64,000 bases of DNA from the IMG/VR virus record IMGVR_UViG_3300035053_000267, positions 47,748 through 111,747 of that record, one strand, 5' to 3'. Shown one piece after another: positions 8,767-18,921 of the stretch. The notes under the pieces were generated by a model. That model was not told where the DNA came from. It worked only from the letters and a program-made list of their open reading frames with translations, and searched no databases. Position 1 is the stretch's first letter; every line of letters begins with the position of its first letter. This stretch comes from a virus. Made by a program: the position numbers and the translations under genes.

Positions 8767-8925
8767 AAAAAGAAGCAGCCTAGCAGGCGAATCTATTCAG
8801 CTGCTTCTTAGTGTCTACAGGGTGCACTGTAAAACAAACGGGCAGGAGAGAATTCCATAGTGGATGCCTCACTCCCCTGCCCGTCAAAGCGCCTGTGTGT
8901 ATTGTCCTCATGGATATAGGGGCGC
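8767..8925 (-). ncRNA. candidate small structured RNA (promoter motif, 3 stems, terminator)
   Basis: Stems GCGCC/GGCGC, GACGGGCAGGGGAG/CTCTCCTGCCCGTT and ACAG/CTGT, then AAGAAGCAGC/GCTGCTTCTT plus a U-run. Confidence 0.35.
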
Positions 8926-9022
8926 ATATTATTATTCCACTCCAACACACCTGATTTAACCTCAATTATAATTCTTTCGCTCTTAAATCAGCACATTATT
9001 ATTCCACTTAACTGCGGCATAA

Positions 9023-9298
9023 TTAATCAGGAGGCTTGACACATCGCCACCCATTTCTCCACAAAAAACGAGCTACATCGTATGTGGTATAGTCCCCGTT
9101 TTTATTATGAATGAACGTATCAGGCACCCCTATACCGTGTAACGCTTCATGTAGCTGAGAATGAAGAGCTTTTATAGAATTACCTTTAAGAACCAGCATG
9201 TTTACAGGCTCATCGCTTGTTCTATCGTCAGTGAGCCCTTCTATGGGCTCCACAAAACATATATTATACTTAACCCCATTAAATGTGTGCGTCTTCAT
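9023..9298 (-). CDS. small HExxH protein (metallopeptidase-like)
   Basis: LHEALHG motif. Confidence 0.5.
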   Translation of the reverse strand: MKTHTFNGVKYNICFVEPIEGLTDDRTSDEPVNMLVLKGNSIKALHSQLHEALHGIGVPDTFIHNKNGDYTTYDVARFLWRNGWRCVKPPD

Positions 9299-9611
9299 AG
9301 CCTGCTCTTAAAGTGACAGGAAGATAATGCAGTAAAAACAACCTGACCGAAGCTTCACCTATTTTTTCAGTTAAACGCTTTAAAATAGCTTTTATAGGTG
9401 CAGTATTCATAAATACTTCTTCAACTTCTTCAGTCCATGCAAAATCGGACGCACGTATATTCTTCTTATTTTCCGGAAGATCAAACTGATCCCATACGGC
9501 CCGGTTAAGCATGGAAAAGAGCTGGTCTGTACTTTTATTCCTGACGGACCTGCGATCAGGCAGTTTAGACAGGTCCACTGTATCAATAACTTGAGAAAAT
9601 CTACTGCTCAT
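9279..9611 (-). CDS. hypothetical protein
   Basis: operonic overlaps. Confidence 0.55.
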   Translation of the reverse strand: MSSRFSQVIDTVDLSKLPDRRSVRNKSTDQLFSMLNRAVWDQFDLPENKKNIRASDFAWTEEVEEVFMNTAPIKAILKRLTEKIGEASVRLFLLHYLPVTLRAGYEDAHI

Positions 9612-9892
9612 AAATGCATCCCCTTTGTAGTAAAATCATCTTTATGAACCAGTTTAAACCCGGAAAACTGCGCACTGTCATTATACACAGGAACCAACAG
9701 AATCTCAGCCCCACTCCTGTCTTCCAAATGACCAGTAAGAGAGGAATTATAATCTGTTAAGAACACACTGGCATGTTTATCATACTCTATATCGCAAACG
9801 CTTTTAAGATTTATCACACGATATATTTTAAAAATAAATATCTCCGGCGGAAACGGAGAATACACTTTGCCACATTCCGCAATAATACTCAT
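9608..9892 (-). CDS. hypothetical protein
   Basis: operonic. Confidence 0.5.
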   Translation of the reverse strand: MSIIAECGKVYSPFPPEIFIFKIYRVINLKSVCDIEYDKHASVFLTDYNSSLTGHLEDRSGAEILLVPVYNDSAQFSGFKLVHKDDFTTKGMHL

Positions 9893-9900
9893 GATGCCCT

Positions 9901-11298
9901 CTAAATTTTTACACTGGGAACAGCAAATCCATCAGAAGATATGAAAGTATCAGCCCCCTCCACAGATAAACCATATCCACACTCCGTTTTACCCGAACTC
10001 TCAACAGAATATACTTCAGACCAAAAAATCCTATCATTCATAACTATATCTTTCCACCACGATAAGACAATACCTTTGTGCTTATTTATGTGCTTTATAA
10101 TTTTAACAGCAGAGTCCCTGTTAATGAGACCGCTATAGCTGTTTAAAAGAACAATACGATAAAGATCACTGTAACCCTTTTCATGCATGGACCCCGTTGC
10201 AGCTTCAAGAACTTCAAAAGGCAGCGGAACGCTGTCGTGTTTAACAGCTGTGTTTGCATAACTACAGGACCCGAAAGCATAGTCAGACTGTAAAAAACCT
10301 TTATTAACACATATGTCGCACTTATTTATTGCTATACGCCATCCTGACCGTCTGGACCCGGCCTCAACGTAAAACATATTGTTTTTAATACCAAGGTGGT
10401 CCAGAAAAGTACGAAAAGATCTGGCGAATCTAAAGTGACGGGTAAACATAATAAAATTATCTGTATTCAGCTTATGAGAATCCATCATTCCTGAAACGAA
10501 TCCCCACTTAAAGTCTGAACCGGCCGTTACGGCAATGCTGGGTATACTTCTTTTAGCAAAAGAACTTTTAATCTTATCCAGAATCCAACGTATAAACTCT
10601 CCTTCAGAAACAGATATGCCGCGTCGTTTGAGATAGGTTTCACATTTATAATTAAGGATACTGGTGTTTATTTTAGTTGAGTCTATGTTATTATCGACAT
10701 ACCCTGAAAGAAACCCAAAGATATATCCAAGCTCAGAATCCAAATCAAGATTAGTTCCTACATACAGCATATCACAGTAAATATGAGTATTAACCGGCTC
10801 TGCTACATGTCCAACTATAGGAACATAAAGACCAACTGCCTTGTCTGGAGACACAGTACAGAAATTGGCCGCATCAGAGTTAAACCCATAAACAGCTTTA
10901 CTATTGTCTGTTGTAAGTATTTGGTGACCGGTAGACAGATTCACCAGAAAAACATTCTGCTCAGAATACCTTCTGAAATAAGACACTTTATGAAGGCTTA
11001 AACCAGAAGCCCCGGAGTATGAACCGACATACAACTCAGGACAGGCACTATATGCCTCTACATTTCTTAAAACTCTACAATCATCTTTTGCTCTGGGAAA
11101 ATCAGCTAGATCAATTATAAACTTCCTATATGCAGGAACGTCGGACACACACTCACGCAGTTTCCAATGATCCTCATCCCCCCACCAATACTGGCTCCAC
11201 TTACTGTTATTAAAATAGTGCCCGACAAGATCAGCAGGCTTTACATACACTGCTGCATCTGAAAAGTGGCAACCATAAGCTTTATCTTTGTTTGTCAT
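9901..11298 (-). CDS. free-standing intein-like protein (Hint plus degenerate LAGLIDADG) without splice termini
   Basis: VNLSTGHQILTTDN (block B-like); LGYIFGFLSG and FKWGFVSGMMDS (LAGLIDADG-like); EVYSVESSG...GYGLSVEGADTFISSDG (block F-like); no terminal HN/SN. Confidence 0.6.
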   Translation of the reverse strand: MTNKDKAYGCHFSDAAVYVKPADLVGHYFNNSKWSQYWWGDEDHWKLRECVSDVPAYRKFIIDLADFPRAKDDCRVLRNVEAYSACPELYVGSYSGASGLSLHKVSYFRRYSEQNVFLVNLSTGHQILTTDNSKAVYGFNSDAANFCTVSPDKAVGLYVPIVGHVAEPVNTHIYCDMLYVGTNLDLDSELGYIFGFLSGYVDNNIDSTKINTSILNYKCETYLKRRGISVSEGEFIRWILDKIKSSFAKRSIPSIAVTAGSDFKWGFVSGMMDSHKLNTDNFIMFTRHFRFARSFRTFLDHLGIKNNMFYVEAGSRRSGWRIAINKCDICVNKGFLQSDYAFGSCSYANTAVKHDSVPLPFEVLEAATGSMHEKGYSDLYRIVLLNSYSGLINRDSAVKIIKHINKHKGIVLSWWKDIVMNDRIFWSEVYSVESSGKTECGYGLSVEGADTFISSDGFAVPSVKI

Positions 11299-14200
11299 TT
11301 AATTATAACAGGCTGGTCTACTTCAACTTCGCCTCTGTTATACGCATTAACGGCTTGCTGAACTGTATCAAACACTATAGGTTTCTTAGTTAAATCTTCT
11401 TTATGCGTGGCCCTGTGAAGACCTATGAGAAATTCGTGACTTGGAGCGTATTGTACTTGAAAATCAGACATTTTACGTATGTTCTTAGATGGAAGCATTT
11501 TTTCCTTTGCTTCCTCAATAGCCTCATCAGACACTGTAACATGAAAATTCATGGTATCCCCATCAAAATCGGCGTTCATGCCTTTGCATATCTGCGGGGG
11601 GACCTTGAATGAGTGACCGCGAGTCAATACGGGCTTGGCGGCCAATATGCTGTACTTATGAAGAGCTGGAGCCCTGGAATACAGTAAAGGCCTATGTTCC
11701 ATTTCTTTTAAAAGAGCCCTCTCGGCCTCAGGGGTTTTATTCATATACATTCTGATTGCATCGGCTTTAGATCCTTTACTGCCTATATCACGAATAAGAC
11801 GCCGTATAACAAAAGGCTTGTACAGCTCCCACGCTTTTTCCTCCGGAAGCCCAACCTCGTCTATGTCGAGATTAGGATCAGGGGAGATCACAGCTCTACC
11901 GGATAAATCCGTAGTAGTCGATATAAGTGTACGTTGAAACGTACCGGACTTGGGAGACGCTCCGAACACTTCTTTTAAAAGACCTTTAATACCTTGCGCT
12001 TTTCTTTCTTTTTTAACCGGGGTTCCGAGCCCTGTCACAGCTTTAAAGTTATCATATACATTAAGAGCAGCTTCTCCTCTCATATCCGGAGTCAGCTTAT
12101 CCTTCATCTCAGAGTAGTTCTGATTGGCATGCATTAAATCTTTATACAGAAGATTCGAACCAGCTACCATCTCAAACTTGTTAGTAGCTGTAATAGGTCT
12201 GTATACAGGAGGAAGAACAGCCACTTTAGATACAACCAAGTCTTCCGGCTGTACGCCCATTCTCCTTAAACCATCTAGATATTTCATTTTTTTAGCTGCA
12301 AGATTTTTGGCAGTTTTACTGCTGGTTGTATTAAACAGATGCTCCTGCGCCCTATACATTTTATCAATATCTATATGTGACAAAGCTTTTTTAATCGCAG
12401 CAGATCCAGTGCCGACATCAGGAATAGACTCCTTCTCGGCAATAACATTTCTATACTGCTTTTGAGTCAGTCCCAGAAGGTACCGTATAGGGTCTTCAAA
12501 TACCGGCTGGGGCATAGGCACACTCAAAGTTATGTGCCCAAACCTGTTTCCTCCGTGGCCCCCGGTAATGCCCCTGTCAAATAGACCGCCTTTTACCGGC
12601 TCCATGGACTGCTCACCCATAAGGCCTTTAGCGTAATTCTGCTTCCACTTTACTGTTTCAGGACTCTTTATTTCTCCGCTGCTTATAGCCTCCACATCTC
12701 TATCTGTCATGGCAGCCAAGTGAAGATTATTACCTTCTCCCTTTACATTTATTCCGGAAGCCTGAAGAGTTGCTATAAACTTTTTATACGTTCCCGGTAC
12801 CTTGGGGGGAGGAGGATTTATGCCCAGCATTACAGCATTCCAATAATCCTGATTCTGCTGTCCTTTTATGTTGCGTATATCTTTAATGTTTTTAACAGCC
12901 CCGTGAGCGAGCAGGGCCTCCATCTCAAGCATACCAATTCTTTTTGGATTATCCTCGTCTATCCCTTTAGATGGAGACCCTTCTGATGTGTAAGAACCAA
13001 ACGCCCTTCCAGACTCTTTCGATTCTGAAGTATGTTGAAGTTTGAGCATATAAGGAAACCCAACAAAAACATCTTTAATATTCTTATCTGTAGCCGGATC
13101 ATATATCGTTTCTTTATCTTTAACACCGTGCTTACTCATTTCACTCTTAACAAAGTCTATGAGACTGTCGTCATTAAAGCCGCGTACATAATAGGGCTTG
13201 CCTCTTTTTCGAGCTATTTTAGCCAAAACAGCTTCATACAGCTGGGCAGGATTGTGCCTTGATATCACACCAAGAGGATTAAGGAGCATCTCCAATGTTT
13301 CACCGGACTCATCCTTAGGCATCTGATCATCCGGTATTATTTTACTCACGGTACCTTTATTGCCAAAAAATCCACTAAACTTATCACCAACCTGAACCGG
13401 CATATATGTCTTAACAGAGATTTTAGTGCCGCCATCATCATTCCAGGTATCAGTGACAATGCCGGGAGTGTCGTGTTCCCATTCCACTGAAGAATCAGAG
13501 AAATCTCTACTCTTACCCCTATACAGCATGCCAGATCCTTTGGACGTCTTCTGCTTCACAGCCAGAATGAGAGGATCACCTTTCTCAACTACGGAACCAG
13601 GCGCAACAACTCCTGATTTATCTATTTTATCCAGCTGCTTTTTTGAATAGACACTGGGGAAAACAGACATATGCTTAAGCTTGCTTTGAGTAGTAAACTT
13701 ATCCCTGTCCAGTTTATCTGTGTACATGTGCTCAGAAGCAAATTTCTTAGCAAGTCCCTCCGATATGACTATACCATCTTCGTATGAATAGCCTTTATAA
13801 GGCAAATACCCGGCACGAACATGAGCTCCAAGAGCAAGATCACCAGACTTGTCCGTATAGTTACTCGATGCAATAATCTGCCCCGGCTTAAGAACATCCC
13901 CCGGCTGAACTAAAGGCTCATTACTTATATAGGATTTTCTGTTGTACGGCATGTTATTGTACAGCTCAATGGTTTTAGTTTTACCATCAGAAGTCTGTAT
14001 GACCACTTCATCGTCAGTTACCGACCTGACAACCCCTTCAGTATCCGACCTAACCACTCCTGCGTATTTTCCAGAAAAATTAAAGAAATCAACCCCATCT
14101 TCGTCAACAGGTCTCACCAGTGGTGCTTCTCTGTTTTTAACAGAAAGAGCCTGATTAATGTATTTACTCCCCATAAGCAGTCGACCGCCTTCAATAGCTG

Positions 14201-15707
14201 AAAGCATGGGAACAAGGTTTGAATTAAGATTGAATTGTCCAGAGGCACTGTACAGCTCGTATGGTACTTTTTCCGGATCCATCATCTTCATTTGACCATT
14301 ACTTATGCATTTTACTTTTTTGCCAGTTTTAGCTGCCTTTTCGTGTTCGCCCGGAAAAGCAATAGGCATGCGGGAGACTACCTGGGGCGGCAAATAAATG
14401 CTCTTTCCGCTTTTAGAGTCTTTCAACCTGGTGTAAAGCTCACGATCTACGCCTTTATACGTGTTCCAGGCGATACGCCCATCTACCCCGGGATTAGAGG
14501 ACTCAGGAGACCTTATAGGGTCTATAAACCCAAAATGCGACGGCTGCAAAGCTCTGGCCTCATCAGGAACCGCTTCAGCACTGGGCAGGCCTCCGACTCC
14601 CATTCTGGTTATCCTAAGGTTTTGATCAATGGCATCCATAGGATTAATCTCTTCCAGTGGAGAGGCAACTCCGGAAAGATAAAACACACTGTCAACATGA
14701 GAATCCAGAGCGCTGGGAGAGATTTTTTTCAAACTTTTATTCAGAGTAGCCTTCCACAGCAACTTCCGGGCAAGCATGCCACTGTCTTTAGATATTCTCT
14801 CTGCAAAAAAATCCTCTGGTCCCCATGTCTCCTGAAAAGCCAGAGAGTCCCTATCATCGGTGTCTGCTTTACCTTTGGATATATTGACAAGTTTTTCAGA
14901 CGTCTTGAGAAGAACTTCAGGAGTCACATTAGTATACGGACTGCCGAGAGTTACCCCGACAACCTCAGGATCCAGTTTAAGCTTAGAAAAAACTTCCAAC
15001 CAGTCCTTATCCGTAACGTCCTCCCCAACAGACTTCTTAGCTCTGGACTGAGTAAATTTGTTCCACGCTTTATTTAGAGTTTTTACATCCTCATTCTCAA
15101 CAAGATTTACCCTTAAAAGCTCAGGACCCCAGTGTTTCTCCATATCCCTGTCTTTAATACCCATCGCTTTAAGTATCGGGTAAGCTTTTAAATTCGCCTG
15201 ACCCACTTTTAGTTTAAATACACCGCTTGAAGGCTCCATAAACATTCTAAAGGACGGTCCGCCTGACAGGATATTGAAATGAGCCTCTATATCCCCGTTA
15301 TTTTTCTTACGAGTGAATATACCAGAACGAAGTCGCATCTGATTGGCTATGGTATACTCATTGCCTCCTACTATGTAAGTGCCTCTCTGGGTAAGATATG
15401 GGACGTTTATAACTGTGGTTCTTTTCTGGTCTATAGGTTTATTGGTAGCCTTATCCACCAGGGTCCAGGTCCCTTTAAGAGGCCTGTGAAGAGAAGACCT
15501 GTTAAACAGTGCCTTCTTCTGCTCCTTTAAAGAAAAATCACGAGTATTACCATACTCTAAATCATTAAGCTCCAGCCTGTATTTGGAATTCTCAAGAGGA
15601 AACCTCTCCTTCAATGCCTGTAGAGTGCCACCATACACGGCCTTTCTAGTAGTGTCAAAATCCAGAAAATCCCTGACACCGACTGGTAAGTTAACTCCAC
15701 CACGCAT
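11295..15707 (-). CDS. rpoBC: multisubunit-type DNA-directed RNA polymerase: beta fused to the N-terminal half of beta'
   Basis: beta motifs HFGFIDPIRSPES, RLLMGS, GYSYEDG, GDKFSG..GNKG, LNPLGVISR, YMLKLQH, RIGMLEMEAL; beta' motifs GGLFD, FGHITL, VLPP..RP, SGRAVI, RAPALH, catalytic NADFDGD. Confidence 0.93.
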   Translation of the reverse strand: MRGGVNLPVGVRDFLDFDTTRKAVYGGTLQALKERFPLENSKYRLELNDLEYGNTRDFSLKEQKKALFNRSSLHRPLKGTWTLVDKATNKPIDQKRTTVINVPYLTQRGTYIVGGNEYTIANQMRLRSGIFTRKKNNGDIEAHFNILSGGPSFRMFMEPSSGVFKLKVGQANLKAYPILKAMGIKDRDMEKHWGPELLRVNLVENEDVKTLNKAWNKFTQSRAKKSVGEDVTDKDWLEVFSKLKLDPEVVGVTLGSPYTNVTPEVLLKTSEKLVNISKGKADTDDRDSLAFQETWGPEDFFAERISKDSGMLARKLLWKATLNKSLKKISPSALDSHVDSVFYLSGVASPLEEINPMDAIDQNLRITRMGVGGLPSAEAVPDEARALQPSHFGFIDPIRSPESSNPGVDGRIAWNTYKGVDRELYTRLKDSKSGKSIYLPPQVVSRMPIAFPGEHEKAAKTGKKVKCISNGQMKMMDPEKVPYELYSASGQFNLNSNLVPMLSAIEGGRLLMGSKYINQALSVKNREAPLVRPVDEDGVDFFNFSGKYAGVVRSDTEGVVRSVTDDEVVIQTSDGKTKTIELYNNMPYNRKSYISNEPLVQPGDVLKPGQIIASSNYTDKSGDLALGAHVRAGYLPYKGYSYEDGIVISEGLAKKFASEHMYTDKLDRDKFTTQSKLKHMSVFPSVYSKKQLDKIDKSGVVAPGSVVEKGDPLILAVKQKTSKGSGMLYRGKSRDFSDSSVEWEHDTPGIVTDTWNDDGGTKISVKTYMPVQVGDKFSGFFGNKGTVSKIIPDDQMPKDESGETLEMLLNPLGVISRHNPAQLYEAVLAKIARKRGKPYYVRGFNDDSLIDFVKSEMSKHGVKDKETIYDPATDKNIKDVFVGFPYMLKLQHTSESKESGRAFGSYTSEGSPSKGIDEDNPKRIGMLEMEALLAHGAVKNIKDIRNIKGQQNQDYWNAVMLGINPPPPKVPGTYKKFIATLQASGINVKGEGNNLHLAAMTDRDVEAISSGEIKSPETVKWKQNYAKGLMGEQSMEPVKGGLFDRGITGGHGGNRFGHITLSVPMPQPVFEDPIRYLLGLTQKQYRNVIAEKESIPDVGTGSAAIKKALSHIDIDKMYRAQEHLFNTTSSKTAKNLAAKKMKYLDGLRRMGVQPEDLVVSKVAVLPPVYRPITATNKFEMVAGSNLLYKDLMHANQNYSEMKDKLTPDMRGEAALNVYDNFKAVTGLGTPVKKERKAQGIKGLLKEVFGASPKSGTFQRTLISTTTDLSGRAVISPDPNLDIDEVGLPEEKAWELYKPFVIRRLIRDIGSKGSKADAIRMYMNKTPEAERALLKEMEHRPLLYSRAPALHKYSILAAKPVLTRGHSFKVPPQICKGMNADFDGDTMNFHVTVSDEAIEEAKEKMLPSKNIRKMSDFQVQYAPSHEFLIGLHRATHKEDLTKKPIVFDTVQQAVNAYNRGEVEVDQPVIIK

Positions 15708-15715
15708 ACTGCCCC

Positions 15716-17473
15716 CTATTTATAACCAGAAGATTGCGGCTTTACATTTCCAACAGTATCGCGCTCAAGCTTATTGAGATAGCCATTTTGATTTTTAATG
15801 CCACCCAGACTGCCCTTAAAAGCAGACCCCAAATAGCCACCCAATTGCCCAAAATTAGAAAAGACACTTTTACCAATATCTAAAAGACCAGAACCAATAC
15901 CTTTAAACTTATCGAAAGTACTGAATATCTCTTCCATTTTTTTAACCTTCTGAGGAAGAGTACGCACCGTGTTGGATATGGCCCCCCAATCGGCGTTATC
16001 ATTGAACTCTGAATTAAGTGCCTTTAAATTACGCAAAGTTTTACCAAATTCCGGGTCAGACAACAGGGACTTAACTTCTTTTACGTTATTAGAAAAGTTA
16101 CCAGACGGGTTCTTAATATTTGCATACCACTCGCCGGGTGCCCCCAAAGTGTTAAATACTTTACGACCTACACCGCTGTCATCCCAACCTCCTGAAGCTC
16201 CCCCCGCACTTTTAATTCCACCTAATTTAGCTATATCCAGTGTTTTAGGCTGTATTTGTTTGCTATTGCGGGCGCTGTCTGTTCCGTAGATGACACTCCT
16301 AGGAAGAACAGCAGAAGAGCCATCGAGCTTTATAGACTTGGCATCATCGTCAATATCAAAAGCTGTATTTGAATTGGACAGTCTTTTACGTAAAGCAAGC
16401 TGTTTCTTAAGAGCCTTATGCCTTACATTGCCTTTACTGGTAGAGTACCCAAACCGGGCACCCAGTCCGCCGCCAGCCAAAGCGAGCAAACCGGCCGATA
16501 ACAAAAATAAGTTAAGAGCAGATGCTGTAACATTATTATTTTTATCCTCTGGAGTGCCCTCTGTTTCACCATTAGCTAACTTAGCAAAGGTGTCAAATCT
16601 CTGAGCCATTGCTGTTTTCGGTATGTTAGAAAGAACTTCAGTAAACTCTTTTTCCAATCGCTTACGATCTCTCTTTTTACGCGCCGCCAACGCTGAGTCA
16701 GTCAGTTTGTCCCCCAGTTTATATCCACCCATGCCAGTGCCTATAGCTGCCAGCGCCAATAAAGGCCCATACATATTAGCAGGCAGACCTAAAATAGGAG
16801 CATTTCCAATATCAAACCCTTTATCAGAGTCCTTCCATGGAAGCCCCTCCCACCATTTCTCATATTTACTGACATCGGCCTGCTTTAAATGACCTTCTTT
16901 ACGGTACTTATTCCTCTCTTTATCCAGATCTTTTTTAAGACCTTTAGCCCCTGGATACGGTTCATCCGACATTTTTTTATCAGAAAAATAAGTAGCCCCT
17001 CCAAGAGTCAAACCTAAAAGACCCATAGTCTTAGCAACATTAACCATATTCTGGCCTTGAGCCTTATTGGCCCTGTATTTCTGAAGCAGATACACCCTTT
17101 TAAGCAAGTCATTCTTAGTCTTATCCCCCATATTTTCAATGTACTTGGGAAAATCCTTAACTTTAAGCCGACGCTTAAGAGGGTCTAAAACATCTTTAAA
17201 GTACTTTTTATTTTTAACCACAAAATCCGCAGCATACTCAGGAAGTATTTTACCTATGAAGTTGTCCGCCTCATCGCCAAGAATAAACCTTCTAAAACCA
17301 TATGGTGGATTGTCTGTATTCAGATCTCCAGAAGGTGTAAAATAACGCTTAGTTATCACTTTATCTACAAACTTGTTAGGAGCATCCCATATAGTGGATA
17401 CTACATTTTTAGCACTCCCTAAAAAGTCGTCGATACCCTTTGCATGCTTGGTATGTTGTGATGCAGTTCTCAC
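15716..17473 (-). CDS. putative virion internal/ejection protein with three hydrophobic segments
   Basis: Modules separated by KHA, KQA, KTA and KSA; GxxxG helices; lies in the portal operon. Confidence 0.5.
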   Translation of the reverse strand: MRTASQHTKHAKGIDDFLGSAKNVVSTIWDAPNKFVDKVITKRYFTPSGDLNTDNPPYGFRRFILGDEADNFIGKILPEYAADFVVKNKKYFKDVLDPLKRRLKVKDFPKYIENMGDKTKNDLLKRVYLLQKYRANKAQGQNMVNVAKTMGLLGLTLGGATYFSDKKMSDEPYPGAKGLKKDLDKERNKYRKEGHLKQADVSKYEKWWEGLPWKDSDKGFDIGNAPILGLPANMYGPLLALAAIGTGMGGYKLGDKLTDSALAARKKRDRKRLEKEFTEVLSNIPKTAMAQRFDTFAKLANGETEGTPEDKNNNVTASALNLFLLSAGLLALAGGGLGARFGYSTSKGNVRHKALKKQLALRKRLSNSNTAFDIDDDAKSIKLDGSSAVLPRSVIYGTDSARNSKQIQPKTLDIAKLGGIKSAGGASGGWDDSGVGRKVFNTLGAPGEWYANIKNPSGNFSNNVKEVKSLLSDPEFGKTLRNLKALNSEFNDNADWGAISNTVRTLPQKVKKMEEIFSTFDKFKGIGSGLLDIGKSVFSNFGQLGGYLGSAFKGSLGGIKNQNGYLNKLERDTVGNVKPQSSGYK

Positions 17474-17826
17474 TTAATAGTCCTAGTTTTAGATTTAATT
17501 ACTTCAGTTACATTGGGTTTATCGCTTAGCCTGTAAAACGGTCTTAAAAACCTGATAAAAACTTTATAATTGTCAGATCTGTCACTCCAGTGCCTCTCCT
17601 CGCATGAAATATACAGGTGCTTGTCAGCAACTTCCTGAATTCTTTTATTATATTTAATCAAATCTTCAGATACGCTGAAATCAAAAATCTCAGCGAAACT
17701 TTCATACTTTTTGGCCAAATAAATAGACGGATCCGGGCCTTTTGTATTCGGAGGAGTTTCCCCGGAAAAAAGCCTGAAAGGCGCATCTAAATTAGATGTT
17801 TCAAACTGTTCAAACTGGTTCATCAT
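17470..17826 (-). CDS. hypothetical protein (head operon)
   Basis: overlaps with both neighbours. Confidence 0.6.
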   Translation of the reverse strand: MMNQFEQFETSNLDAPFRLFSGETPPNTKGPDPSIYLAKKYESFAEIFDFSVSEDLIKYNKRIQEVADKHLYISCEERHWSDRSDNYKVFIRFLRPFYRLSDKPNVTEVIKSKTRTIK

Positions 17827-18209
17827 ATGTAAGGTTTCTCGCCTGCTCTCGCTGCTCGATCACGTTTATAAGCTTTAATAAGAGCTTCTCTATATTCGTT
17901 ATTTTTTACTTCATCAATAAGAGCCTTGTTATCTTCCTTGCTTGGAGCCAGGGACCTTCCAATCATTATACCCGCAGGCACCGACGCCATTGTAGGAAGA
18001 ATAAAGGTCCATTTTCCAGCTTCAAGCAAACCTTTACCGAGACCCAAGGTGCCTTTGCCAATAGCCTTAAAGCTACCAAAAATCTTCGCCATAGTTGCTG
18101 GATCCATAGCTTTTTTAACTATAACAGAATCCAGATCAGATGGCGTCATACCATTTTCTGCAAGATACTCGCACATACCTAATTTAAACATATATGTGTC
18201 TACTTCCAT
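17823..18209 (-). CDS. putative virion protein
   Basis: FKLGMCEYLAENGM...KKA leader similar to 3061 and 3739; hydrophobic segment. Confidence 0.55.
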   Translation of the reverse strand: MEVDTYMFKLGMCEYLAENGMTPSDLDSVIVKKAMDPATMAKIFGSFKAIGKGTLGLGKGLLEAGKWTFILPTMASVPAGIMIGRSLAPSKEDNKALIDEVKNNEYREALIKAYKRDRAARAGEKPYI

Positions 18210-18886
18210 ATCCCTGTACTCCTAAGAAGACCAGCCACTACGCCGGCTCTAACTAAATTTTTATTTGCAGACGGAGTAAGTTTACCAAATACCCCGCCAA
18301 TAACACCGCTGAACGCTTTACCGGCGGCATAACCTGTTCCTGCTCCCACAGCTGCCCTGTATATGTCCGATGTACTTATAAGACCTCTTTTTGAATTTGA
18401 AGCATCGCCCAGTATTGCCAGAGACTTTGCCTTTTCGTATGGGGATAGGTGTGGGTCCGACGCCAGCTGATACTGTGTGTATCCTGATGGAACGAACACC
18501 GACGGAGGGTCAAAACTCTCAGAAGGACCAAAAGCACCTGCCCCGGAATAAGCGCCGCTTACTACTTTTTTGCCATGAGCTGGATTCCAGTTAATTCCTC
18601 TGGTTTTATCAGAAATATTAGCTAAGAGTTCTGGAGAGTGTACAGCCCACGGCACTGCGCCGGCCGCTAATCCAGTCATTAAACCTATTCTTTTAGGATT
18701 CAATCTGGGATTAAATCTTGAAAGATATTTAGCACCATAATATGTAGGAATACCAAGAGCTAAAGACTGTAGCGCAACTCCAGTTACAGGTCCTTGCCAG
18801 GGCTTATCTCCAAACCCACCAGAGGCTATATTAATTTTAGCTAACGCGTCGTAAAGGCCGTTAACTGTGAATTTTTTGCTTTTCAT
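18200..18886 (-). CDS. putative virion protein, Gly/Ala-rich hydrophobic
   Basis: Directly downstream of the portal; several GxxxG segments. Confidence 0.55.
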   Translation of the reverse strand: MKSKKFTVNGLYDALAKINIASGGFGDKPWQGPVTGVALQSLALGIPTYYGAKYLSRFNPRLNPKRIGLMTGLAAGAVPWAVHSPELLANISDKTRGINWNPAHGKKVVSGAYSGAGAFGPSESFDPPSVFVPSGYTQYQLASDPHLSPYEKAKSLAILGDASNSKRGLISTSDIYRAAVGAGTGYAAGKAFSGVIGGVFGKLTPSANKNLVRAGVVAGLLRSTGIWK

Positions 18887-18921
18887 ATCAAAAACTTAAG
18901 TACATTATTTGAATAATTATA

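Noticed and set aside
8731-8799. A gene interrupted by the tnpB insertion
   Set aside because: The reconstructed empty site gave only a very short ORF in the frame examined; the insertion appears intergenic.
11403-15530. Many plus-strand ORFs of 60-280 aa opposite RNAP (and opposite other long genes across the window)
   Set aside because: They are antisense shadows of well-supported genes, with no motifs or RBS.
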